DNA of 64,000 bases from an uncultured virus (IMG/VR IMGVR_UViG_3300043568_001227) (taxonomy: Duplodnaviria; Heunggongvirae; Uroviricota; Caudoviricetes): IMG/VR virus record IMGVR_UViG_3300043568_001227, positions 1 through 64,000 of that record; one strand, 5' to 3'. Under the pieces are notes generated by a model. The model did no database searches. It was not told where the DNA came from and saw only the letters and a list, made by a program, of their open reading frames with translations. Shown here in pieces: positions 10,967-22,400 of this stretch. The position numbers and the translations under genes were made by a program. The first letter of the stretch is position 1; every line of letters begins with the position of its first letter.

Positions 10967-13069
10967 ATGAATATAACACAAGTAACACCAGGAATTATTT
11001 CCATACCCCCAAATGGATGGGGTGCCGTTGAAAAGATAATTTTTAACTACAATAACCATTTAAACTCATTAGGTCATATTTCTGATATAAAGTATTTAAA
11101 TGGGGTTGACATTAACAATACCGATATTGTTCACATTCATATCGCAAATTTAGCTATTGAAGCGTATGAACGAGGTATACCTTACATTTTTTCATTACAC
11201 GACCATCATGTTGTGTATAATGGTAAAGATTCATTTAACTATCAACAAAATTTAGAAGCAATCCAAAAGTCTGTTATTTCATTTTGTCATGCGGAGTTCT
11301 TAGTGGATTACTTTAGTGAGACTGATAAATTATTTTATTTATCTCACGGAGTTGATACTAAATTCTTTAAAGTAGACCAACCTTATCGAACGGAACATAA
11401 ATTATTGTGTTTAGCGAACAACGGTATTGGAGGAGACTCGTCTTACGATAGAAAAGGATTTAGATATGCTATTGAAGCGGCTAAGTCATTGGGGTTACCA
11501 ATAACAATTGCTGGCCCTGAAAATAACCATAACTTTTTTGAACACCACAAAGACTTATTAGAATATGATAAGTTAACACTATTATTAACAAATCCAAATG
11601 AGGATGAGATATTAGAATTATACAAATCGCATTCAATTTTTCTACACCCATCTTGTTTAGAGGCGGGTCATCCTAATTTAACATTACTTGAAGCAATTTC
11701 TTGTGGAATACCAATTGTTGGTACTTATAGTGGTACCCAAAAAATTAAAGGTATGATTGTTTGTGAACTTAACACTAATTCTGTCATAAACGGAATACAA
11801 GATATTATTAATAATTATAATTTTTATGTGTCCCAAACACTGAAGAATAGAGAAAAATTTGATTGGTTGGTAATTTGTGAGCGTATGTTAAAAATGTATG
11901 AAGTAACTAAATTAATTAAAAAAGAATATAACTCAAATGATACAAAAGAATTATTAGTTGATAATATTGAAAATACAGAAAAATTTGTACCTGTTGTTGA
12001 AGAAGATATTGATTGTGTTATACATTTCGTCAATAATCCTTTTTTAGAAATTAAAGGTTCTGGCGTAAAGTCATACAAAGTACAATTTTATGATAAAGAA
12101 AATTTATACTACTCAACCGAGTTAAAACCAAATATGTGGACTAAACTATCTAGACAGTATTATACTGATTGGGATGTTAAAGTTCTTGATGGTGAGGAAT
12201 TAATTTATGAATATAAACCAAATTTTATTAACAAAAGAGTATTCATTTCATTCGATTCTCGTTCTCTTGGGGATAGTATTGCTTGGATACCATATGTTTT
12301 AGAATTTAAGAAGAAACACAATTGTCATGTTATTGTTTCAACATTTTGGAATAAGTTATTTGAAAAATCTTACTCTGAGATTGAGTTTGTTTCACCAGGA
12401 AGTACGGTTCATGATTTAATTGGTATGTATACAATTGGGTGGTTCTATGATACAAATAAAGAACCCGAATTACCAAATACAATCCCATTACAAAAAGCAA
12501 TAACAAATATTATTGGTTTAGAGTTTAACGAAATTAAACCAAACATTGATTTTATTCCATCAGAACGACCATTTACGGAAAAGTATATTACGATTGCAAA
12601 TGAATCAACCGCGGGAGTTAAGTATTGGAATAATCCTAATGGGTGGAGGGAACTAATTGATTACTTAGTATCTAAAGGATATAGGGTCATTAATGTATCT
12701 AAAGAAAGTGACCGAATGGATGGTGTGACAAAACTAAAGGACACGTCAATTGAGAACACAATGAATTGTATTCATCATAGTGAGTTCTTTATTGGTTTAT
12801 CAAGTGGATTATCTTGGTTGACATGGGCATTAGGAAAACATGTTGTTATGATTTCTAACTTTACCGAACCTGACCATGAGTTTACTTCTAATTGCACAAG
12901 AATCACTAACCCATCAGTTTGTAACGGGTGTTGGAATAATCCAATGTTTAAATTTGATAAGGGTGATTGGAATTGGTGTCCTGAACATAAAGGAACAGAA
13001 AGACAGTTTGAATGCCATAAATCGATAACCTCTCAAATGGTTATTGACAGAATACAACATTTATTATAA
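10967..13069 (+). CDS. GT4-like domain fused to a TibC/Aah-type autotransporter (protein) O-heptosyltransferase domain
   Basis: N-terminal IPPNGWGAVE...EAGHPNLTLLEA; C-terminal SLGDSIAWIPY, FIGLSSGLSWLTWA, VCNGCWN...WCPEHKGTERQFEC (4-Cys iron-finger pattern). Confidence 0.85.
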   Translation: MNITQVTPGIISIPPNGWGAVEKIIFNYNNHLNSLGHISDIKYLNGVDINNTDIVHIHIANLAIEAYERGIPYIFSLHDHHVVYNGKDSFNYQQNLEAIQKSVISFCHAEFLVDYFSETDKLFYLSHGVDTKFFKVDQPYRTEHKLLCLANNGIGGDSSYDRKGFRYAIEAAKSLGLPITIAGPENNHNFFEHHKDLLEYDKLTLLLTNPNEDEILELYKSHSIFLHPSCLEAGHPNLTLLEAISCGIPIVGTYSGTQKIKGMIVCELNTNSVINGIQDIINNYNFYVSQTLKNREKFDWLVICERMLKMYEVTKLIKKEYNSNDTKELLVDNIENTEKFVPVVEEDIDCVIHFVNNPFLEIKGSGVKSYKVQFYDKENLYYSTELKPNMWTKLSRQYYTDWDVKVLDGEELIYEYKPNFINKRVFISFDSRSLGDSIAWIPYVLEFKKKHNCHVIVSTFWNKLFEKSYSEIEFVSPGSTVHDLIGMYTIGWFYDTNKEPELPNTIPLQKAITNIIGLEFNEIKPNIDFIPSERPFTEKYITIANESTAGVKYWNNPNGWRELIDYLVSKGYRVINVSKESDRMDGVTKLKDTSIENTMNCIHHSEFFIGLSSGLSWLTWALGKHVVMISNFTEPDHEFTSNCTRITNPSVCNGCWNNPMFKFDKGDWNWCPEHKGTERQFECHKSITSQMVIDRIQHLL

Positions 13070-13440
13070 TGAATATAGAAGTTTCAATTGGGGAAATAGT
13101 TGACAAATTAACTATCCTAAGAATTAAAAAAAATAATATAACAGATAAAGGTAAACTTTTTAATGTTATTACAGAATACGATTATCTATATGATGTTGTA
13201 TTTAATCAATTAAAAATTGAATCAGATGATTTTTATAATCTATTATTGGTTAATGAACGTCTTTGGGATATTGAAGACCTTATTAGAGATAAAGAAAGAG
13301 ATAAGGTATTTGACACCGAATTCATAGAATTAGCTCGGTCCGTTTATGTAACAAACGATAAACGAGCAGAATTAAAGAAAGAGATTAATTTAAAATATGG
13401 GTCTCTTTTTGTTGAAGAGAAGTCATACAAGGAATATTAA
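13069..13440 (+). CDS. Small helical protein, DUF6165-like
   Basis: EVSIGEIVDKLTILRIK...LWDIED..R...FIELARSVYVTND.R...K.EIN. Confidence 0.6.
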   Translation: MNIEVSIGEIVDKLTILRIKKNNITDKGKLFNVITEYDYLYDVVFNQLKIESDDFYNLLLVNERLWDIEDLIRDKERDKVFDTEFIELARSVYVTNDKRAELKKEINLKYGSLFVEEKSYKEY

Positions 13441-13468
13441 AAAAGGGAGTCAAACGACTCCCTTTTTT
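13441..13468. terminator. Bidirectional intrinsic terminator
   Basis: AAAA-GGGAGTC-aaac-GACTCCC-TTTTTT between convergent genes. Confidence 0.9.
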
Positions 13469-13471
13469 ATT

Positions 13472-16400
13472 TTAATATAGTATTGAGAGTGTCCAAGTAA
13501 ATCGAACTTTATTTGGGGTAGCTAGACGACTACTAATACCAACAATAAACATACCGTCACATTGAGATATTGGGTCATAATATGTAACTTGTGACCCAAT
13601 ACATACGGACTTGGTATTTGGATTATAATTATATACATCTTCGAAAATTATAGTAGGTTGTGACACCCCAATCTGACTTAACTCTGAACATTTAACCCAC
13701 GATACACTCACACCCACCTGGTCAGCACCTACTGCGGTATCGCAAAATACATGACCACAAAGATTTATTTTAAATGGTGGTACCGACGTATCGTATAGAT
13801 TAGGAATTGCACAAGAACCATTCTGAGTGGGGAATGGAGTCCCAACACCACTAACTATTGGACTTAAGACAGTCCATTCACATCCATTCCATCCGCAAGC
13901 CGAGTCTCCAATACGATAATTGTCGAGAGATTCATTCACTTGAAAGTCACCAATGGTTGCTGAAGTTGAAGCAATTACATATATCTTTGAGCAGTCAATT
14001 CCAACGGTAATTGCTCCACCACCATCATCAACCGCCGTTATACAAGTACCCGCAAAATTTAAACTAACCGCACTTGATGTTACTAAAGTACCCTCATCGT
14101 AAATCGCAATGGAACCACCACCACCACCTGATGTACCTGAAGTTCCTGCAACACCCGTCAATCCGCTTGAACCTGAACTTCCTGATGAACCTGAACTTCC
14201 TGAACTACCTGAGCTACCCGAAGAACCTGATGTTCCACTTGTTCCTGATGTTCCTGAAGAACCTGAAGTACCTCTAGTACCTGATGTTCCTGAACTTCCT
14301 GAAGAACCGCTACTTCCTGAACTTCCTGATGAACCACTTGTTCCTGACGTTCCGCTAGTTCCTGATGAACCTGAAGTACCTCTAGTACCCGATGTTCCAC
14401 TTGAACCTGAAGTTCCGTTTGTTCCCGATTTACCATTATAAACCCATGAAATTGTACATACATCACCACTGGTTAACACACCACTTCCAACTAAACTTGA
14501 AGAAAAGTTAATATCAAACCATGTAGTGTTATCAACTATGGTTGTTATCTCATAAATTGCAATATTAGAATTATCCCCTAATTTAGTTACTTGGAAAAAT
14601 ACTTTATTACCTAATCCAACAACTAACGCAAGAGCTTTAAACCAATTTGTATAATTAGTCCCAGCATAGTCTAATACATTAATTGTCAAATTGTTATATA
14701 ACCCTTGAGTTGCATTACTTGTCGCGAAACGTGTTGCTAATGGGTCCAACCCAACCCCAACTCCTTTATATTCCCATCTACCTGAGTTTGACCCATCATT
14801 TGCGGTAATACCACTTGTTCCTGACGAACCTGAAGTACCTGAAGTACCTGACGAACCTGAAGTACCTCTAGTACCCGATGTTCCACTTGAACCTGAAGAA
14901 CCACTACTTCCTGAACTTCCTGATGAACCTGAATTTCCGCTAGTACCACTTGAACCTGATGAACCTGATGAACCTGATGAACCTGATGAACCTGATGAAC
15001 CTGATACTCCACTTGTTCCTGAAGACCCTGATGAGCCGCTACTTCCTGATGAGCCCGATGAACCTGATGTTCCACTTGTTCCTGATGTTCCTGAAGAACC
15101 TGAAGTACCTCTAGTACCTGATGTTCCTGAACTTCCTGAAGAACCTGAACTACCTGATGTACCGCTACTTCCTGAACTACCTGATGTACCACTACTTCCT
15201 GAACTACCTGAAGAACCACTTGAACCTGAACTTCCTGATGAACCTGAATTTCCGCTAGTACCACTTGAACCTGAACTTCCTGATGAACCTGAACTTCCTG
15301 AAGTTCCGCTAGTACCGCTTGACCCTGAATTTCCTGATGTCCCACTTGTTCCTGAAACGCCCGATGCTCCTGAAACTCCTGACGTACCCGCAGTTCCTGA
15401 CGAACCACTTGAACCTGAACTACCTGAAGAACCACTTGAACCTGACGTTCCTGATGAACCTGAACTACCTGATGTTCCGCTAGTTCCTGAAGAACCGCTT
15501 GAACCTGAACTTCCTGACGTTCCACTTGTACCTGATGTTCCTGAAGAACCTGAAGTACCTCTAGTACCCGATGTTCCACTTGAACCTGAACTTCCTGAAC
15601 TACCACTTGAACCCGATGTTCCACTTGTTCCTGATGAACCTGAACTTCCACTTGAACCTGATGAACCTGAACTACCACTTGAACCTGAAATTCCACTAGT
15701 TCCTGAACTACCGCTACTTCCACTTGAACCTGAACTACCTGAAGAACCACTTGTACCTGAACTTCCTGAAGAACCGCTAACACCTGAAGTTCCTGAAGAA
15801 CCACTTGACCCTGAAGAACCACTTGTACCTGAAGTTCCTGAAGAACCGCTTGAACCTGAACTTCCTGAAGAACCACTTGAACCTGAACTTCCCGAAGAAC
15901 CGCTTGAACCACTTGTTCCTGATGTTCCGCTAGTTCCTGATGAACCTGAAGTACCTCTAGTTCCCGATGTTCCACTTGTCCCTGATTTACCACTTCCAAC
16001 CCAATTTATACAATGATTATAATTGTTTGTCCATGAACTAACACCTCCACTATTAACCGCCACAGACACTGTGTAAACATTGCCCGCTAATGAAACTGAG
16101 TTTACGGTATATATCCCAACCAATCCTGTTTCAACTTCAACAACTGTTATATAAGCACTACCCGCACCATTTGCAGTTACGTAGTTTTGTAACCCTGTCC
16201 ACCAAGCCGATGTATCAACACTAGGATTATATGATGTTTTATTTACGTATATTGTGTTTAAACTATTAATAACGTTTACAGGTCCGTAAGAAATACGAGT
16301 TGATGCTGGTATAGTTGTATTCGAAGTATCTGATAACCATGTGATACATGATGAAGCTCCATTAACCCCACTCGTACCCGCAGTTCCTGAAGAACCTGAA

Positions 16401-19400
16401 GTACCTCTAGTACCTGATGTTCCGCTTGAACCTGAACTTCCTGAACTACCTGAAGAACCTGATGTTCCGCTAGTTCCTGATGAACCTGAACTACCTGAAG
16501 AACCACTAACACCTGAGCTTCCTGATGAACCACTTGACCCTGAAGAACCACTTGTACCTGAACTTCCTGAAGAACCGCTAACACCTGAAGTTCCTGATGA
16601 GCCTGAACTTCCTGATGAACCTGAGCTTCCTGAAGAACCACTACTTCCTGATGTTCCGCTAGTTCCTGAAGAACCTGATGTTCCGCTAGTTCCTGATGAA
16701 CCTGAAGTACCTCTAGTACCCGATGTCCCACTTGAACCCGAAGAACCTGAACTACCACTACTACCCGAAGAACCTGACGTTCCACTTGTTCCTGATGAAC
16801 CGCTACTACCACTTGACCCTGAACTACCTGATGTTCCCGCAGTTCCTGAAGAACCGCTTGAACCTGAACTACCACTTGAACCTGACGTTCCGCTAGTTCC
16901 CGCAGTCCCACTTAAACCTGAAGTCCCACTTGTTCCTGAACTACCTGACGTACCTCTAGTACCTGAAGTTCCACTAGAACCTGAAGAACCACTACTACCA
17001 GATGAACCTGATGTTCCTGATGTTCCACTTATCCCCGAACTACCGCTAGAACCCGAACTACCACTCGAACCTGATGTACCTGAAGTTCCACTAGAACCTG
17101 AACTTCCTGAAGAACCTGAAGAACCACTTGAACCTGATGACCCGCTACTTCCTGATGTACCAGCAGTCCCTGAAGTACCACTTACACCACTTGAACCTGA
17201 ACTTCCTGAAGAACCACTACTTCCTGATGTTCCGCTAGTACCTGATGTTCCGCTAGTACCTGATGTACCGCTCACACCACTAGTACCACTTGACCCCGAA
17301 GTACCTCTTGTACCTGAAGTTCCTGAACTACCGCTAGAACCACTTGACCCTGACGTACCTGATGAACCACTACTACCACTTGAACCCGAAGAACCACTAG
17401 TTCCTGAACTACCTGATGTTCCCGCAGTTCCTGATGAACCGCTACTGCCGCTTGACCCTGAACTACCTGATGTTCCCGCAGTTCCTGATGAACCACTTGA
17501 ACCTGAAGAACCGCTTGAGCCTGACGTTCCGCTAGTACCTGATGTTCCACTTAAACCTGAAGTCCCACTTGTTCCTGAACTACCTGACGTACCTCTAGTA
17601 CCTGAAGTTCCACTAGAACCTGAAGAACCACTTGTTCCCGAAGAACCTGAAGAACCACTACTACCAGATGAACCTGATGTTCCTGAACTTCCTGAAGACC
17701 CACTTGAACCTGAACTTCCTGATGAACCTGATGTTCCACTTGTACCTGACAAACCTGACGAACCACTACTACCTGAAGAACCTGACGTTCCGCTAGTTCC
17801 TGATGAACCGCTACTACCGCTTGAACCTGAACTACCACTAGACCCACTTGTTCCACTTGTACCTGAAGAACCACTTGACCCTGAAGTTCCGCTAGTTCCT
17901 GCAGTCCCATTTAATCCTGAAGTTCCACTTGTTCCTGAAGAACCTGAAGTACCTCTAGTTCCTGATGTACCCGAACTTCCTGAAGAACCGCTACTACCAC
18001 TAGTACCTGATGAACCGCTACTACCACTTGACCCCGAACTACCTGATGTTCCTGAAGAGCCACTACTCCCACTCGAACCTGAACTTCCTGAAGAGCCCGA
18101 TGTTCCGCTAGTTCCTGATGTACCACTTACCCCCGAACTTCCACTTGAACCTGAACTACCTGAAGAACCACTACTACCTGATGTTCCGCTAGTGCCTGAA
18201 GTACCACTTAATCCTGATGTTCCTGAAGAACCACTACTACCACTTGAACCTGACGTTCCGCTAGTTCCACTTGTTCCCGAAGAACCTGACGTACCTCTTG
18301 TTCCTGAAGTTCCACTACTACCACTAGAACCTGAACTACCTGATGAACCGCTTGTCCCTGAAGTACCACTTGAGCCTGACGACCCGCTACTACCGCTTGA
18401 ACCTGAACTACCACTTGAACCTGAACTTCCTGATGAACCACTTGTTCCCGCAGTCCCACTTGAGCCAGATGTACCTGACGAACCACTACTTCCACTAGAA
18501 CCTGAAGTTCCACTTGTACCTGATGAACCACTTGTTCCACTTGTACCTGAAGACCCTGACGTACCTCTAGTTCCTGATGTTCCTGATGAACCACTACTTC
18601 CACTTGAACCTGAACTACCTGACGAACCACTTGAACCTGAGGTTCCTGATGAACCACTTGAACCTGAAGTACCGCTAGTTCCTGATGAACCACTTGTTCC
18701 ACTTGAGCCTGAACTACCCGAAGAACCTGATGACCCTGAACTTCCTGACGTACCTGATGTACCACTCGAACCTGATGTTCCACTAGTTCCTGACGTACCG
18801 CTTACTCCCGAACTTCCACTTGAACCTGAAGAACCACTAGACCCTGAACTACCTGACGAACCGCTTGTTCCCGCAGTTCCACTTGAGCCAGATGTACCCG
18901 CAGTTCCTGATGAACCCGAACTACCACTACTCCCACTTGAACCTGAAGACCCACTTGTTCCACTTGTTCCTGATGAACCACTACTACCACTTGAGCCTGA
19001 TGTTCCGCTAGTTCCTGATGTTCCGCTAGTTCCACTTGTCCCTGAAGAACCTGACGTACCTCTTGTTCCTGAAGTACCTGAAGAACCACTACTACCGCTT
19101 GAACCTGATGTACCGCTTGAACCTGATGTACCCGAAGAACCGCTAGAACCTGATGTTCCACTTGTACCTGCAGTCCCTGAACTTCCACTACTTCCTGACG
19201 AACCGCTAGAACCTGATGTTCCACTTGTACCAGCACTACCTGATGTACCCGCAGTCCCTGAACTTCCACTACTTCCTGATGAACCACTAGAACCTGATGT
19301 TCCGCTTGAACCTGAACTACCTGAAGAACCACTTGAACCTGATGTTCCGCTAGTTCCTGATGAACCGCTTGAACCTGAACTACCTGATGTACCTGAAGTT

Positions 19401-22400
19401 CCGCTAGTCCCCGAAGAACCTGATGAACCCGAACTTCCGCTTGTACCCGATGTTCCTGAAGAACCACTCGAGCCCGAACTTCCACTACTTCCTGATGTAC
19501 CCGCAGTTCCTGAAGAACCACTACTACCACTTGAACCTGAACTACCTGAAGTTCCGCTTGTTCCCGCACTTCCTGATGTGCCCGCAGTTCCTGAAGAACC
19601 ACTTGACCCAGAAGAACCTGAACTACCACTACTACCTGATGTTCCGCTAGTACCTGAGGTTCCGCTTATACCACTCGTACCACTTGACCCTGAAGAACCT
19701 GACGTTCCACTTGTTCCAGATGTACCACTTGAGCCCGAACTCCCTGACGTTCCGCTTGTTCCTGATGAACCTGACGTTCCGCTCGTACCTGAACTACCCG
19801 CAGTTCCTGATGAGCCTGATGAGCCTGAAGTTCCAGAAGAACCACTTGTACCTGAACTTCCACTACTTCCTGAAGAACCTGAAGAACCACTCGACCCTGA
19901 TGTTCCTGAACTTCCACTAGAACCTGACGTTCCCGCAGTTCCTGATGTTCCGCTACTTCCACTCGAACCCGAACTACCGCTTGAACCTGATGAACCGCTT
20001 GTACCTGACGAGCCACTTGAGCCTGAACTTCCACTCGTACCAGCAGTTCCTGATGAGCCACTACTTCCGCTTGAACCCGATGAACCTGATGTACCACTCG
20101 TTCCTGATGTACCACTCGTTCCCGAAGAACCTGACGTACCTCTAGTTCCTGATGTTCCACTCGAACCTGATGTTCCTGAAGAACCACTTGAACCTGAACT
20201 ACCTGAACTACCTGAAGAACCGCTAGTACCTGAAGACCCTGATGTTCCACTACTTCCACTTGAACCCGAAGAACCTGATGTACCATTAGTTCCATTAACA
20301 CCACTAATTCCACTTGAACCTGAAGTTCCGCTAGTACCTGACGAACCTGATGTTCCGCTAGTCCCCGAAGAACCTGACGTACCTCTAGTTCCAGAAGTTC
20401 CTGAAGAACCGCTACTACCACTCGAACCCGAAGACCCACTTGACCCCGAACTACCGCTAGTACCTGCAGTCCCTGATGAGCCACTTGTACCCGCAGTCCC
20501 TGATGAACCACTACTTCCACTTGAACCTGACGTTCCACTTGTTCCTGATGTTCCTGAAGAACCTGAAGTACCTCTAGTTCCTGATGTACCCGAACTTCCT
20601 GAAGAACCACTTGTTCCTGATGACCCTGAAGTACCGCTAGTTCCTGAAGAACCACTCGAACCCGAACTTCCACTACTTCCTGATGTACCCGCAGTTCCTG
20701 AAGAACCGCTTGTTCCTGATGTCCCACTTGTACCAGTACTACCTGAAGTACCTGAAGAACCACTTGAACCTGATGAACCACTACTTCCACTTGACCCTGA
20801 GGTACCTGATGAACCTGAAGTTCCTGATGAACCTGAAGTTCCTGATGTTCCACTACTTCCGCTTGTTCCACTACTTCCGCTTGAACCCGAACTACCTGAA
20901 GAACCACTTGTTCCGCTAGTTCCTGATGAACCTGAAGTACCTGATGTTCCGCTTGAACCCGAACTACCTGAAGAACCACTTGAACCTGAACTTCCACTAG
21001 AACCTGACGTTCCCGCAGTTCCTGATGAACCTGACGTTCCCGAAGTTCCTGATGAACCTGATGTTCCGCTAGTTCCAGATGTTCCTGAAGAACCTGAACT
21101 ACCACTTGAGCCTGACGTACCGCTTGTCCCCGAGGAACCTGACGAGCCACTACTACCACTTGAACCTGAAGTTCCACTTGAACCTGAACTACCTGATGAG
21201 CCACTTGTTCCCGCAGTTCCACTTGAACCTGATGTTCCGCTAGTTCCTGAAGAACCACTTGAACCAGATGAACCTGATGTCCCACTTGTACCAGCACTAC
21301 CTGAAGAACCACTTGAACCTGAGCTTCCTGAAGAACCTGAGGTTCCTGATGTACCACTTACACCTGAACTTCCGCTTGAACCTGAACTACCTGATGTTCC
21401 GCTAGTTCCTGAAGAACCACTTGTACCCGCAGTACCACTTGAACCTGAACTACCTGACGACCCACTTGAACCTGAACTACCTGACGAACCACTTGTTCCG
21501 CTAGTCCCTGATGAACCGCTTGTTCCTGATGTTCCACTTGTACCAGCACTACCTGAAGTTCCTGAAGAACCGCTAGTACCGCTTGAACCTGAACTTCCTG
21601 ATGAACCTGATGTTCCACTTGTACCAGCACTACCTGATGTACCCGCAGTTCCTGAAGACCCACTTGAACCTGAACTACCACTACTTCCACTTGAGCCTGA
21701 TGTTCCACTTGTACCTGAACTACCTGACGTTCCACTAGTACCTGAAGAGCCCGAAGTTCCGCTTGTTCCCGAACTACCTGAAGTACCTGAAGAACCACTT
21801 GTTCCTGAAGAACCTGAACTACCTGAAGTACCCGCAGTTCCTGATGAACCCGAACTACCACTACTTCCACTTGAGCCTGATGTTCCACTTGAACCTGAAG
21901 TACCACCTGTTCCTGATGTACCTGAAGAACCACTAGACCCCGAAGAACCTGATGTTCCTGATGTACCACTTACACCACTTGAGCCTGAAGTACCCGCAGT
22001 TCCTGAACTACCTGACGTACCACTTGTTCCGCTTGAACCTGAAGACCCTGATGTACCACTACTACCAGATGACCCGCTAGAGCCTGAACTTCCACTTGTG
22101 CCCGCAGTCCCTGAAGAACCTGAACTTCCTGATGTACCTGAAGACCCACTAGACCCTGAACTTCCGCTTGTTCCCGCAGTTCCTGATGAACCACTACTTC
22201 CACTTGAACCTGATGTTCCTGAAGTTCCACTCAATCCTGATGAACCACTTGAACCTGAAGACCCTGATGTACCAGCAGTTCCTGATGAACCACTACTTCC
22301 ACTTGAACCTGATGTTCCGCTTGTTCCTGATGAACCCGAAGACCCACTTGAACCTGATGAACCGCTACTACCACTTGAGCCAGACGTACCCGAAGTTCCT

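Noticed and set aside
2729..13440. Host O-antigen/LPS locus or DNA-hypermodification cluster
   Set aside because: No flippase, polymerase or membrane proteins and no base hydroxymethylase nearby; embedded among phage structural genes. A host-surface target is not fully excluded
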